Origin: Lama glama | Lineage: Eukaryota | Assembly: GCA_028534125.1 (NCBI GenBank) | Contig: CM052817.1 | Location: forward strand, 86,182,001-86,246,000 | DNA length: 64,000 nucleotides | Reading direction: 5' to 3' | Part shown: positions 1-14,267 of the stretch, in pieces | Numbering within the stretch: the first letter of the stretch is position 1 | Layout of the letters: each line of letters opens with the position of its first letter | Translations under genes and position numbers: made by a program | The notes under the pieces: generated by a model | Databases searched by the model: none | What the model was told of the DNA's origin: nothing | The model's input: the letters and a program-made list of their open reading frames with translations, nothing else

Positions 1-800
1 ATGTTGGCAAGAATGAGGAACAAGAGGAACTCTCATTCACTGTTAGTGGAAATACGAAATGGTATAGCCACTTTGGAAGACAGTTTGGTGGTTCAGCAGT
101 AAAACTAACATAATTCTACCACATGATCCTGCAATCACACTTTCAGGTATTTACCCAAAGGAATAGAAAACGTATTTTCATACAAAAATCTGCACACAGT
201 CTTTATAGCAGATTTATTCATAATTGCCAAAATGTAGGAGCATATCCTTTAGAAGGTGAATGGGTAAATAAAGTGTGGCACATTCAGCCAATGTAGTATT
301 ATTCAGTACTAAAAAGAAATGAGCATTTTTCTTCATGAAAAGTCATGGAGAAACCTCATGTGTATATTACTAAGTGAAAGAAGCCAACGTGAAAAGGCCA
401 CATCCTGTATGATTCCAACTATATGACATGGAATAGGTAAGTCTATGGAAACAGCAAAAGGATCAGTATTTGGGGGCTGGGGGTGGAGAAGGAGGATGAA
501 TAGGTAGAGCACAAAGGATTTTTTGGGCAATGAAAATATTCTGTAGCACACCGTAATCATGGATACATGTCCAAATTCATAGAATATGCAACATCTACAG
601 AGAACCATAATGTAAACCGTGGACTTTGGGTGATTGTGATGTGTTAGTGTACTTATTAACTGTAACAAATACATCATTCTGGCTGCAGCTATTGATAATG
701 GGGAACGCCATGCATATGTGGGGGTAGTGGGGATATTTAGGAATTCTCTGTATCTTCCCCTAAATCATGCTGTAAACCTAAAACTGCTTTAAAGATATAT
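1..800 (+). mobile_element. LINE-1 3' end (old L1MC-like: end of ORF2 region plus 3' UTR)
   Basis: Typical L1 3' motifs: 'gaactctcattcactgttagtggaaat..aaatggtatagccactttggaagacagtttgg', 'gtgaaagaagccaa..aaaggccacatcctgtatgattccaactatatgaca' and the L1MC-type tail 'taatgtaaaccgtggactttgggtgat..gctgtaaacctaaaactgct'. Confidence 0.85.
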
Positions 801-904
801 TTAATTTTTAAAAGTTTTGTTTAGGTAAGAAATTTATATATAATTCTCAGAATCTACTCTCGTCTAATGATCACTGTAAAATATTCCTATTTAAGGAAAA
901 ATAA

Positions 905-3830
905 AATTTGACAGTGAAGCCACCTGAGCCTGGAGGTTTGAATTAAGTATCTTCGATATATTTAAAAATCTATGCAGAAACACTATTTTTTCTTGTGTAA
1001 TCTTTAATATTGTTTTGCTTTTCAAATCACAAGTGTTATCAAATTTATTGGCATGAAGCTCTTGTAACTTCCTTTACCATCAATAGATCTATAGGGTCTA
1101 TCCCACAGTCCCCTCCCCTTAAATTCCTGTCAGTAGTTGCTTTGGGTTTTCTTTCTATATTGCTCTATCTAGAAGTTAATCAATTTACTGATTTTATCCA
1201 AGATTTAGCTTTAGATTTTTTTCCTTTGGTATTTCTTTAATGCATTTAAAAATTTACTTTACCTCTATTCTTACTTTTTTCTTCTCTGATTTTAATAGAC
1301 TTTTCTCCTGACTTTTTAAGGTAGAAACTTGCCTCATTGACTTAGACATTTCTCTTTTTCTAACATAAGTATTAAGAGCTATAAATTTTCCCCTAGGTAA
1401 TCCTGAAGCAGTAGTGTTTTTATTTTTATCGAGACCAAAGAAACTTCTAATTTCTCTTTTGATTTACTATTTGACACCAAGGAGCATTTTGAGGTTTATT
1501 AATTTCCAAATATTTGAGCATTCCCAGATTTTTTTCTGTTTTCATTTCTGATTAATTATAGTGGGTCAGAGAACATATGATCCAATTATGTTTAATTTGT
1601 TGCAATTTTAAAAAATGCTTAGCATGCACTGAGTGTTAATGAAATATAAAAAAGAAGTTTCTGCTTGCAATAAATGAGCTATTCTGTAAACGTCCTAGAC
1701 CTAGTTATTTGATTATGTCATCAAATTATCTGATATACCTACAAATTTTTCATTTATTTTTAATAATAACAGAAATGTACTTATGAAATATTCAAATATA
1801 AATGTGGAGTTGTATATTATTCTTTTCAGTTATGTTAGTTTTACCTGATGTATTTTAAATACAGACTTTTTTTGTTATTGCATAGAAAAATATTTTGGAT
1901 TATCAGCTTCTTTGGATGAACTGAGCCATGTCCATCTTTATCCTTGCTAAAAATATTCCTTGTGCAGAAGCCTCCTTTTTTCTATTATGAACCTGAGTAC
2001 AATTTCATTGAATGTTTTCTTCTCCATCTATAGAAATAATCCTTTATAGATTTTTTTCTTTTTTAGTGTTAATGTGGTAAATAACATAGCTGTACTTGCT
2101 AAATAAACCTTGAATTGTTAGAATAAACCACATATTTTCATGGTGAATTGTGCTTTTTATGACATTTAGATGAGATATGCTAAAATTTCACTGAAAAATT
2201 TTGTATCAATATTCATGGGAAATACAGGTCTGTACTTTTCCATTAATCTATTTGTATGGTTTTGGCATCAGGGTAATATGTGCCATGTACAATTGATTGG
2301 TAAGTTGCCTGTTCTTCCATTTGTAAAAGACTTTGTGTAGACTGTGCATTATTTACTATTTAAATGTTTGTGAGACTACACTAGTGAAAGCTTCTGGACC
2401 TGGAATCTTTGTGTAAGAGGTTTTAAACTACGAAATCAATTTAATTAATAGATTCAAGACATTCATGTTAACTATTCTTAAGTGAATTTCACTATCTGTT
2501 GTCTGTCAAAAAAAATGTTCATTTTACCAAACTTAAAAATGTATTTGCATAAAGTTTTTAAAAAATACATGCTTAATATAATTTTATAATTTGTAGTGTA
2601 ATTGGTGATACTCCCTCTTTCATTACTCATTTTAGTAATCTCTATCTTCTCTCTTGTATTTTATTGATGACTATGTCTAGATTTTTTTTCATTTTTTAAT
2701 AATCCAGCTTTTGATCTCATTGATATTCCATATTGGTCTTGGTTTTTTTTTATTTTTTAATCTTATTTTTATTATATATCCCTCTGTTTACTTTGGTTTT
2801 AATTTGCTTATATCATTGATGTGATATTTTTATGTGTTTCCTTATTGTTATGGACTAAATTGTGCCCCCACAAAATTGATATGGTTGATGCCCTAAACCC
2901 CAGTGTGGCTGAATTTGGAGATAGGATTTTTAAGGTTAATAAGGTTGGGCTATAAAGATGAGGACCAAATCTATTAAGGCTGATATCCTTATAAGAAGAG
3001 GAAGAGACCCTGGAGAGTTCTTCCTCTCTGCACATGTGCATAGAAGAAGGCCGTGTGGGGTTACAGCAGTGAGAAGGCATCTGTCTGCAAGCCAGGAAGA
3101 GTCTTTTTCGGAAATTTAATCAGGTGGCACTTGACACCTTGCCTTTAGAACTGTTTGAAAATATTTTTTTTTCCTGCTCCAGTCTGTGGTATCTTTTGTG
3201 GCAGCCCAAGCAAATGAATATACTAATATAAATAAATATTGCTGTAAAATTTATTTCAAAGCATTGCTTTAGTTGCATCCGTTAATTTTTAATATGGTAT
3301 TTGTTCATTTTCATTCATTTCTAAGCAATTTTCTGATATCACTTGGGATACTTTCTTGAACCTTGGATTATTTTGAACTGTATGGTACGATTTCCAAAAG
3401 TTTGAATATTTTCCAACAGCATTCTATTATTGAGTTACATTTTCATTTTTGTGAAAAGAGAGATTACTTTATGTCATATAAAAATCAACAATTGATTGTG
3501 ACTTCCTTAAAGGACCAGAATAAGGCCCAACATAGTGATTATTTCCTGTACATGTGAAAAAATGCATATTCTGTTGTTATTTCTTTAGCATTGACATTTA
3601 TAAATGTCAAATTGGTAAAATTATTTGGTAGTGTTTTTCAAGACTCAATTTCCCTACTAATCTTCTGTATGTTTATTTATTACTGAGAAAGGAATGCTGA
3701 AGTTTCATACTGTATTTTTAGATAGGACTTTTTTGGTTTTAATTAAATAATTTCTGTTTTATGTGTTTTGAATGCCTTTTTGGGGTAATTATAAATCTAA
3801 AATTATTATGTTTATTACTTAATTATATAA
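905..3830 (-). mobile_element. Decayed LINE-1 internal (ORF2) fragments, antisense, interrupted by an MLT1 LTR
   Basis: T-rich antisense L1 motifs such as 'cagtgaagccacctgagcctgg', 'ggttttggcatcagggtaat', 'ctagtgaaagcttctggacctgga' and 'gctataaattttcccct'. Boundaries are approximate. Confidence 0.7.
2846..3222 (+). mobile_element. MaLR LTR (MLT1A-like)
   Basis: Starts 'tgttatggactaaattgtgccccc', contains 'atttggagatagg' and 'gcaagccaggaagag', ends 'gtggcagcccaagcaaatgaatata'. Flanked by a degenerate 5-bp TSD cttat/ctaat. Confidence 0.8.
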
Positions 3831-3879
3831 TTACATAGTATATAAGTAGCTCCTCTTCTCCTATTTATTTATTTATTGA

Positions 3880-4515
3880 AAGAGCTAATTTTCCCAAAGA
3901 ATGTCAATCAATAAATAGGAAACAGATGATGATATACCTAAGTCATTATTTGACATCCATCATAGTAGTATCTAATTAAGTCAAGAAACATCAATGGATA
4001 CTACACCTAGTGGGTGAATAAATGAATGAGAAATGAGGTGTTTGCATTGTCTCAAAGTATTTCCTCATGAAATAATTAAATACTACTTACTTATATAATT
4101 ACATATTATATTAGGCCATGTCACGTTATATTATATAGTATATCAATACACAATGCTTAATTATAAAGCAAACAGAGTAATTTTATGATAGAGAAACCTG
4201 GAAAGCATCACCTTTCAAATGATCATACTTAAAACCACTACTGATGAGACAAATAGATTGTATATGCCACCAGATTTGTTTGGGATGTTGTAGAAGTCAA
4301 GGAAGGACTAGGAAACATCTTTATTGAAGGAAGTGAAAAGAAATAAAACCTGGAGGAATACAGTCTCCTGGAATGGATTAATTTCCTATAAAAAGTATCG
4401 AGGCAGTTTGTGAACGTGAAAGGATTCTCTGGTTGAAAGTTACATGGCTGTTCTTGGTATTGCTTTAGCAACTTTCTTTAAGTTGCCATGGTTTCATAAA
4501 AACATTAAAAGAAAA
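3880..4515 (+). mobile_element. LINE-1 3' UTR fragment (L1MC-like)
   Basis: Contains 'gagaaacctggaaagcatcacc' and 'atatgccaccagat', ending in an A-rich tail near 4500-4518. Confidence 0.5.
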
Positions 4516-6789
4516 AAATGATATCAAATAGGCACAGAGTGTTAACCTGATTTTGGTACCAGGGATCACCAGGGAAGCTGTTTTCCTACTATCTTCAATA
4601 TATTTTAATATTTAATCAAATAGTTTCATCGTTCCATAATTAGTGGAAATTAATCCTTGATTCTGTAAACTAGTACTTGATCATTTTCCAGTACTGTTTG
4701 GCCATTTTTATTTTAATTTTTGCCTTTTAAAAATTTTTTAATAAATTTAAGTTAGGGATGGTTACCTTATGACCAACTAAACCAAATAGCGTTATAACAA
4801 GTATCAAATATATCCATTTAGCTTTGTCAGATTTCAGAGCAATCGCCTTTTAAAAAGAGAATTCTAAGTAGTTTTCTTAAAATAAAATCCACTTGATTCA
4901 ACAAAACTTAATGTGATTTTTCTTCTTAAAATGGCTACTCCTTGAGTTCTTGGGAATAAACAATGCTCCCCATAAAACTGTATATCAGCAAATCTGCACA
5001 TTGAGCATCTCAGCTAGAGCAAGTTTCTGAAAACAGGCTCAATTTGTGGCTTGTGGTGATGCCTTCATAAGCAGTTTTCAATTAACCCGCTGGAAAGTAT
5101 CTCTGAGTATGTAATTTTGTATCATTTTTTAAAGCAGCCATTTAATTTTGAAGCACAATGAACATAATATGAATAAATTAAGCAGATATACAGCTGTTTC
5201 AAAAAAATTGAGTTGCTCTCCTAGTACTTTATTATTTTAATAAAAATAGATGACCACTAGTCGTTTTATTTTTCATGGTTGGATTGATTCGATTGGGCTT
5301 CATCAGGTGTTCTTATGTTTCAGTTACGATTCCCTTCAACAAGCTGAAGGTAAATGCATCACATGCTGTAAGTTATCAGCTTTTGATCAATTTAACATAC
5401 GTATACAATTATGATATTTTTCCCCAATTGGATGTTAGGGCTTATTATAGTTCTTTATTATTTTACATCTGAATATGATAACTTTTTCTCAGTGGGAAAT
5501 GTGCTAGCAGTGAGAGTACAGGTAGTTACGGCCCTGCATTTCTTTTTTCCTCAATAAAATACAGAATGAAAATTACCTACACATTCTTGGGGGGGAGGTC
5601 TCAACGTATCTTTTAATTTGACTAATAATTCAGTTTTCAGGAACTGCAGCTAAGTGCTGTTGCCATCTCTACCTGTATTTCTACACATTTAAACTTCCTA
5701 TACATTTCTAAACCAGTGTACCGATGTGGAAAATATATCCAACAATAATCTCATAATATTTAATTATGAGGAAAGTGATCACCTGCTCACATTAAGGAAA
5801 AGTGAAAGTGGAAGAGCAACAGTACCCAGGATTCTAAATAGTGATACAGGGTTGATCAGATGCCAAAACACAACCAATAAGGATCAAGTGAAGGTGGAAA
5901 CTGTATGAATAGAACATGTCTAAAGTCAGTAAAAGTGAAAAGGCAGTCAGTCATAGGGAATGCTCAAACAGAAGACGCACATGGCATACGCCTAGACAGA
6001 CAATGATGTTTATTTTCTTTAGAGTTTTGCTTATATATTTCTAACATTTCTTGGTAGATTGGCATTCCTGGATAAGAATAGCTATTCTTATTTTTATAGA
6101 TAATTTAAAAATTATTCTTCTCTCCAATAACTCAGTTCAAATTATAAGCAGTTAAAGAAAGCTAAATTAAGATAAAATATTGATCATTTTAAAGGAGAAA
6201 GAGAAAATTTTGTCAGCTTAATGTAGAAATCTTTTTTAGCTTTATGTTAGCAGGTAATCTGCCAATAGATTTCTCATGCACAGTTATGCTGAATGGAAAT
6301 TCAAGCTATTGGAATAAAAAAGTTTATTTTTAATTATTCTGTGATGCCCTGAAACTTATTTACCAGATATTTTATCTATTTTTAAAATTGTCCCATGAAT
6401 TACTTATAAACAAGAGAGATCAATATCTTTGAAAGTTCTGTAAATAATTTTATAATTCAGCTAGGAATTGCCTTGCTCATTTGCCAACATTATTATATTC
6501 TATGAAAAGTAAATAGCAAAATAGTAAATTTCAACTGCTATGCATATGGAATTCTCACTCTTCAACATCTCAAATTGACTAGATTTTCTCACTTTCCTAT
6601 TGATTTTCTGATATGTGTTAGAAATGAGTATTCTAGTATAAAAATAGTGTTCATTCCTCAGTCCTCCTAAATATTTACTGAAAGTCTCAATAACCCATGA
6701 ATAACAGAGGCATTTAGTGCCTAATGCCAAGATTCTATTTCCTACATTAAGCCTTATACATAGACAGACTAGTAGAAGTTCACTGCTAC

Positions 6790-7406
6790 TGTTAGGCAGT
6801 TTGATAGAAATGAGCACTGGGCAAGGGGAGAGAAAGGGGGAGGGAGCAAATCAGAAAATAACGGTACACCTGCACTTAGAATAAGAGGCTCCAAAAACTT
6901 TTACTCTCTCTAAATGAAGGTCAGCAAAGAAGTCGGCTAGAATCCAAATGCTGCAGCTGCACAGTAGAGAGAGGGACCAGCTTAACTTGACCCAATGCTC
7001 ATTATAATGTAATTAACATTACAGCTTGAGCCCCCTCCCGTAGGTTTCTCTGTTTGCATCATGGGTGAAAACATTCACAAAAGAGATGGGCGTGCCTGAG
7101 CACAGGGAACTTGAGCTGTCAATCAGCCTGAGCACTCAAAGACGAGAAGCCATCAATAATCAATAACGAAAATGCCCCCTAAGCCAGGGTATAAGAATAG
7201 AAAAAACGAAGGAGAGCCGTCATTTTCCCTCTTTCAGATTGGCCTGCACCCAATTTTGGGGAGTATACTCTATTTTACTACCTTTTTACTTCACTAATAA
7301 AATCTTATGTTTATATCATGCTCTCTGTCTCCTGGTAAAAATTCATTTTTTTTTTTTCCGGTGACTAAGAACCAGGGTAACTTTTATTCCCCTCTTTCCT
7401 GTAATG
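6790..7406 (+). mobile_element. ERV solo LTR (~617 bp)
   Basis: Begins TGTTA and ends TGTAATG (decayed TAACA). 4-bp TSD ctac/ctat. Internal TATA-like 'gggtataag' (~7186) and AATAAA (7296-7301) are in LTR order. Confidence 0.7.
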
Positions 7407-8346
7407 CTATCATTGTGCAAAGTTATCAATAATAATTAGTTTCATAAAGGCAATTACTTGCCAAGCATTAGTTGAATCAAACTACCTCTTGTTTATTGAT
7501 TTCTATGCAGGCAACCAAATACCAGGGGCTCAGAAACACTAAAATGACGAATTTATATGTATATTAAACATAGGATTAATATGCTTTTATTGAAAAAATT
7601 GAAATAGATGTTATAAAAGTTATTTGAAAACATTTCACCAGAATGTTTTAAATGGCATAAATGGGCAGAATGACAAAAACAGATATTTTTAAAAATCTGG
7701 AAGCAAATTTCAACCATTGTAAAAGTAGTAAGGAGATGGGCAAGACAAATATCTAAAAGTTGAGTTCAAGGAAGGGAGAGGGGAAAATAAAGCTGCTACC
7801 AGTGGAGTCTAAATCTATAAGTAAAATCATTTTCAACATGTATTTTTATATAATCTGAGTCAAAAAGTGACACATTATATATCAACTAATATTAACTAAA
7901 GGTATTAAAATTTTTAAATTGATTTTAAAAATTAGGAACCTAAAATAAAGACAGAACTCAGCCTGGTGAAAAAAAATGTATAATTCAGTTTCCTACATAC
8001 TCTGATCTGGAGGATTAAGGATTTGAAATGTGACCATACAAAGTAGGATCATGACTCTGATTAGCCATTTATTAAAAATAAATCAGAGAATCTATTACAA
8101 TAAGGAGTTAAATAACTTGCTTTGATGATACACATTTATTTCAGAAATTTGGACCTGAAATTATATTTTTCAAGACCTGACAGGAGGAAGAAAATATAAA
8201 AGGAGAACTTTCTTACAAGTGTACTTAGTATAAATGAAACTGAGAGGACCTTGCTATCAATGTCCATTTTGTGTTGGACTTTCTTCTCAATGAGCAACTC
8301 ATTTATAAACACTCCTAGATGGAAAGGAATCTTGCAATCTTCCTCT

Positions 8347-8823
8347 TGTGAATGAAAAATACTGCAAACCATATCAGTAAACAAAGAATTCTGAAGCCAT
8401 CAAGTCATCAGCCAATACTGCAACTCCCTACAGTGAAGACAAGCCTGCAGCCCAGCCTCTGCAGCCACTCCAGTGGTGCACCCTGAGGGGACTCAGAATA
8501 AGAAAGGACAGGAGCTGGCCCTAGATAGCTGGATGCTTGTCAAGGAATGAATTCAATGAGCCCAAATGTTTGCTTCCTCCCATACATATAAAAGCACTAA
8601 ATTCTTTAACTTGAGATGCCTCCTTTTCTTTAGATAACAAGTAATCTTTTATTGGTCCAATACCTGGTCTTTGTTGTAAAGCTCCTATATATCCCAGCTC
8701 CACCCCTACCTCTTCAGAGCAGTCCCTTTGAGCCATCTGAAAGGCTATCATCCCGGCTCCAGTCCTCCCACCAAATAAAACATAACCCTCAACTTTTAGG
8801 CTGTGCATTTATTTCAGTCAACA
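8347..8823 (+). mobile_element. ERV1-class solo LTR (477 bp)
   Basis: TG...CA termini and a perfect 4-bp TSD CTCT (8343-8346 / 8824-8827). AATAAA at 8774-8779 is followed by a short U5-like end 'aaccctcaacttttaggctgtgcatttatttcagtcaaca'. Confidence 0.85.
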
Positions 8824-10094
8824 CTCTCCATGGCAATAGTTTGTGTTTAAATTGCTTTGACTTAATTTTCTCTGAAATAAGAAAAATAGCTCTTTTTTAC
8901 TGTTTAATGAGACAAATATTCTACAAATTATTCAGATTTTGATTCTCTAATATCTTTGAATAGAAGCTAAACCCAGTCTCTCAATTCCTATTTCATATTC
9001 ATTCATTCACTCATGTATTCAATAAAATTTGATAACTTGTTTGTTGAGTCTTAATACTCAGCTCTATTCATTTTATCTTGAATATGTACACAAGTATTCT
9101 TAGTCAGACACATTTCTTAATAATGTGTTTTGGCTGCCCCTTGCTCTAGACTGTACCCCTGGGAAAAAGTGTTGAGACTCAGGTCAACTGTCCTAGTGAG
9201 TAGCCAGATTTTCCATAGACAAGAAATAATGACAACATGTTTTTATCTTTGCTTATAAAGGGGAGAAGGCAGCTGTCCTCCTAACTTCCTGAAATAATCT
9301 CTCCTTGTGCCAATCTTTTGTAAATAAAGTAAATCTCTCCAGAAGCTTGATGGCCCCATTTGTGAAGGCTTTTATGATCAATAGTTGTCTTCAAATTCTA
9401 GAGTTTCAACTTTTGATATGTAAATACACAGAGAGAAAGCTCTAGACTTCCTAATACCCTATGGCTTAATTTGGGGACCTAGTAACTGAAGATTTAGTAA
9501 TCTTAAGAATAACTGTAACAATGTCTTGACCCTCTTTAGAAGGTAAGGGAAGTTTTACTGCTTTTAGATCAGAGCAATTAACTAGACAAATGGCTACAGA
9601 CCTAATTCTCATGGTATGTGTGTAGTTTCAAGAGGTTAGGGCTTTTGACAGGAGTATAGAGAAATCCAGGAAAGTTTTATTGTTGCACACTGTAGTGTGT
9701 AAGGCATAGTACCAGGTGGAATGGGAATTTAAAATAGTAATATTTCAAAAATATATTTTTAAGTTATCTTAATCCTATGGCTTTGCAAAACCTTTTAAAA
9801 GTATCAAAACATTTATCCCACACATCTTCAGTAGTATTTTTCCCAAACAGACTAGCCAATTTTGAGTTTTCATTACAACCTGCACTTAGACATTAATATC
9901 TAGTTTCTAGAAACCCTTCTCTAGGTAGCTTGATTTAATTAGTACATTTGGAAATTTTTATAAACTTATGAAATAATTATATTTTTATCAATGTATCATT
10001 ATTTTATTATCTAGATTAATGTGATTTGTTTACCTAATAATTATTTGCTAATATTTTGATACTTTGCCAAAGCACTTGACATACACATCAGGTA

Positions 10095-10487
10095 TGTTGA
10101 AAAGAACAATCCCAAAATGTAGTTATTTGCTCCCAAGACTGCAAACCAAGACATTTTCAGTTTCAACCTCTCCCGAGAATGTAACCTTTAAACAGACAAT
10201 CTTCAATTTCCTGATCAGCACTAGTAATGTAATCTTTATACCAAGACTCCTGAAGTTCCTTCCCCACTTTTTGTCCCCAAAAAAGATGACTTGGCCTGAA
10301 ACAAATTTTTTTCTCTTGCTAATAACTTACTTGCCTCACCCTCCTTCTACTTGTAAAAAGCTTTCACTTTGTACTACTCCTTGGAGTGCCCTTCCATTGA
10401 CTACAAGGGATGATGCCTGACTCACGAAGCACTGAACAAAGCTAGTTAGATCTTCAAATTTACTCAGTCGAATTTCATTTTTTAACA
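10095..10487 (+). mobile_element. ERV1 solo LTR (MER34-like, 393 bp)
   Basis: TGTT...AACA termini, TSD ggta/agta, and a MER34-type end 'gatcttcaaatttactcagtcgaatttcattttttaaca'. Confidence 0.8.
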
Positions 10488-12224
10488 AGTATCTTAGTAA
10501 ATACCTGAAAAAAATCTGACTGAATACATTGCTGATGTCAACTCTTGTTTTGGAAAATAAAACCTGACAAATCATATAAAGGTAGATGAATTATTACTCA
10601 GACATCCACTTATGGTTTGGGTATACAATTTGACAGACCATGTGAAAAAAATGCCTCCAAGGGTCTTCACTTGAGGACATAAAAATCATTTCATTATTTT
10701 TTTAAAAGCTATTTTTAAGAACATCAACATCCTTTTAAAGTCATAGATTGGCAAGAACATCTGTTGATGATTGTAAGCAAGTTTGTAATATTTAGGGATA
10801 GTTTGATTTACTTACTCTTAAATATCTAATATTTGGCATAAGCGTTTGAAAATTAACAAATATATTTTCCCATATATAGCCAAGGTTCTTCATCTCAAAA
10901 CTCTTTTTACTTGATGATTTCTTTTTGGTTCTGAAAAAAACAGGTTAGTATTTCTAAAATGTATTCCTTGCAAAACTTCAAACTGAACAAAAAAATCCAA
11001 AGATCCAAAAATCCTTTTTGTTAATTTAAAAAAAAATATACACATAATATCTACCATGGCAATAACTTAAAACTGTGCAAGCTAATGACTGAATGTTATG
11101 AATTCAGTTCTTATGAAACCTCACCTCTAGAAACCAGCTAGATCTCTGTATGTTAAAAACACAAAAATAGGTGAAAAGATATTTGCTGCTCAATAAATCA
11201 AATGCCTGTGAATTAGCATCCATTCAGATGCTGTGAAAATTCTGTTAGATGGATGCGAAAATGTGAGTGAGTACTAGCACATAGTTGATACCTTCTTAAT
11301 TGAATTCAGTTCCTCAGTGACTGACAGGCTAATGTCTAAACTACTAAAATAAAATACAATAAGTACTTTCATAGAGTTAGAGAATTGGCTCAAAAGACAG
11401 TTTTCACTGGGAATTTCTATACTTATCTTCATAAAGAAAAAGAAAAATATTCCTTATTTAAGGTCCACTGCACTTGTTATATAGAAGAACTGGAGAGAAA
11501 AGACCAGGAAACATTAAGCTATATTACTAGGACCTTTTTTTTTTTTTAAACATTTTGCTATGTAAAACAACATTAAAGCTCATAAATCCATACTTTTTAC
11601 CATGAATTATTTTTATTTGATCTACTTCCTAAAGTAAGCCATATGAGATACCTCACCTGGAAATGTGCCTTTAATAAGTATGGTTGCTTTCCCATTTACT
11701 AGTTCCAACTTCTCCACAGTATTGGAGGTGTATAGATGAAAGCCTACATAATAATTTTGAGAATATATGAGATTTTTCATATGCAATGGAATAAACTTCC
11801 AAATGCAAAAGACTACAATTAAAGATAAAATATTATACACAGCAGTGAAAGAAGGGGGAAAGAAGACTTTTTAGGTCAACAAAAGTTTTAAGAAATTACA
11901 ACTCATAGACTTGCTGAAGAATCACTATTAAAAAAAATAGTACAGGAAGAAGGAAATGAAGGTAAAAAGGAATTATGGAAAGCAAGTAGCAGTGATAAAT
12001 ACAAGAACTGTTAAATGCCAAGGTAAATCTAACCATTGACTATTAGAAAACTATACTACGACTATCACTAACAATAACAGTAACAACTCTTAAGGACAAA
12101 ATATAGTTAAAGTACTGGAAAAGTATTGTGACTACAGTTATTAATAAATATTGCATGCTAGAAATACACTGTAACTTTACTGTCTTCACATTACAATGAA
12201 TATGTATATTAAAACATCACTTTG

Positions 12225-12500
12225 TACACAGAGAAGAGAATGCTATGTGAGGACAGAGGCAGAGATCAGAGTTACGCAGTCACAAACTAAAGAATGCCTA
12301 AAGAATGCCTGGAGCCACCTAAAGCTAGAAGAAGCAAAGGAAGATTCACCTCAAGAACCTTTGGAAGGATCATGACCTACCCACACCTACAGTCCCTTCC
12401 AGCGGACTTCAGACCTCTGGAACTGAGAGAGAATATATCTCTCACTTTAAGCCAAAAAAGTTGGTGGTAATTTGTTAACAGTCTCAGCAAATTTATTTAC
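12225..12500 (+). mobile_element. MaLR LTR 3' part (MLT1B/C-like)
   Basis: 'gaggacagaggcagagatcagagttacgcagtcacaa..gaatgcctggagccacctaaagctagaagaagcaaaggaagattc..tttaagcc..gtggtaatttgtta'. Confidence 0.8.
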
Positions 12501-12599
12501 TGACACTGAGTAGATACTGAATAAAAATTGATTATAAACACTTAGTAATTGTGACAGTATGCCAATGAATCAGAGATGAAGAATTTGACCACTGTAGCA

Positions 12600-13520
12600 T
12601 AACATGGGAATCATAATTAGATGTAAGACTTTTGATATCTTATGTCAATTTCACATCAACTAGGAAAATGAGTAACTTCAAAATATAGCAGTGGTACAGT
12701 TGGTTAACATATGAAAAAATTATAAACTGTATCCAAACATCACACTAATTTCAATGTGAAAAACATGTTTTTTTCTACTTTTAAAGAACATGCAAAATGT
12801 ATTTTATTTGAGCAAATTGAGTAGTTCAAGTGATCACATTGATCATTCTACATTACCACTTAGTGCTTGAGAAGGTCTCCTCTGATTGTGAGGTGACGGG
12901 AAAACAGGAACTTTGATGTTTGTATGGTGGAAAGATAAATTCACACCATTACTTTGGAAAGCTACTTGGCAATACCTAAAATGACTTAAGATGCACACAC
13001 TCAAAGTTCTGAAACCCCTCCTCAACATCAATCCTACAGAAACCCTAGCATATATGAACAAGGAGTCTACGAATATTAATTCCAGGACTGTATTTAGCAT
13101 TTAAAATAATTTTAACTGTCTTAAATATTTCTTAATATGTAAATGGTTTCAATTATTTATTTAATGAAATTCCATACACAAATGTAACAGAAATGGATAT
13201 CCAACTATCATCACGAATGGATCTCAAAAATACTAACAGTAAGATTAAAAGTATGCTCCAAGTTATACACAGAAAATTATTATATTTATTTTAATTTTGA
13301 AGATTTAACCAACATTATATGCCATATATAAATATTCCATACATATATTTTTAGGTAAAAGTATGGAAATATATATGAAAATGGTAAACATCAATTTAGG
13401 CTGGTAGCTATCTTTTGTAGAATTTCTTATAGTAAAATTTTATTTACAGTTTTGTATCTGTATCAAAAGCTTCTTTCTACTTTTGGCATATCTGAAATAT
13501 TTTATAGTTAAAAGTTGAAT
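12600..13520 (+). mobile_element. Old LINE-1 (L1ME-like) 3' fragments
   Basis: 'ggaaaacaggaactt..cattactttggaaagctacttggcaata..agaaaccctagcatatatgaacaaggag..atggatctcaaaaa'. Confidence 0.55.
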
Positions 13521-14267
13521 ATTTTAATAACTATATTGATTTTTTGAAAAAGACAGATGATGAGGTATTTTGTTAAACATTAACCCATGACTGAAGTAAT
13601 CGTCTATTCTATCTCTGTTAAAATTCAGTGGAAGGTCTTTGAAGGTTTATGAACAGAATTGGAATTTGTCATAACTTAGAGAATTGTGTTAGATTAAGTG
13701 GAACAGATTAGAGGAAAGGAAATCAAAATCATTGGCATTTTGATATTTGAGGTGAGACATAATGGTACTGGAAATCTTCATGAAAAACAATGTATAAAAG
13801 AGACATAAATGATTTACCAATTGTCTCAATGTATCTGATGGGATTGATGGTGGTAACATTTGTTGAAATAAAGAAGACAGAGTAGCAGCCCTGTTGGAAT
13901 AAAAATTTGTTATGTTCTGTTTTTGAAATTTTGAAAGGAAATTTTCATTTTAAAATAAAATCTATACAACTACTTTATATGAATAAATACAAAGGTAAAG
14001 GAATGGAAAAAGAAAGAATAAAGGTAAATATAGTTATTATGGAATTGTTAACATAAAAATGAGAGTTGAACTAGGTAAATATGTGTGACTGATAAAAACA
14101 AAACAAAACAAAACTACTTTTTGACTGTAAGAAATGCCTATTTCCTGACAGTCTTCTCTCTTCTTAAACTCTATGATTATTTCTGGAAATTACAGGTAAC
14201 AAATTCTGTGACTCCACCCTACTCTAATTTTACAGAAATCACATCCTCACTCTTTCTCTCTACATCC

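Noticed and set aside
5324..5349. 26-nt micro-exon candidate (tttcag|...GAAG|gtaaat)
   Set aside because: Splice-like motifs alone are common. There is no partner exon or homology, and it lies upstream of the only promoter seen.
333..10575. Longer ORFs inside repeats (333-677, 8521-8808, 8652-8942, 10064-10420)
   Set aside because: They lie within L1 3' UTR or LTR sequence and are chance open frames.
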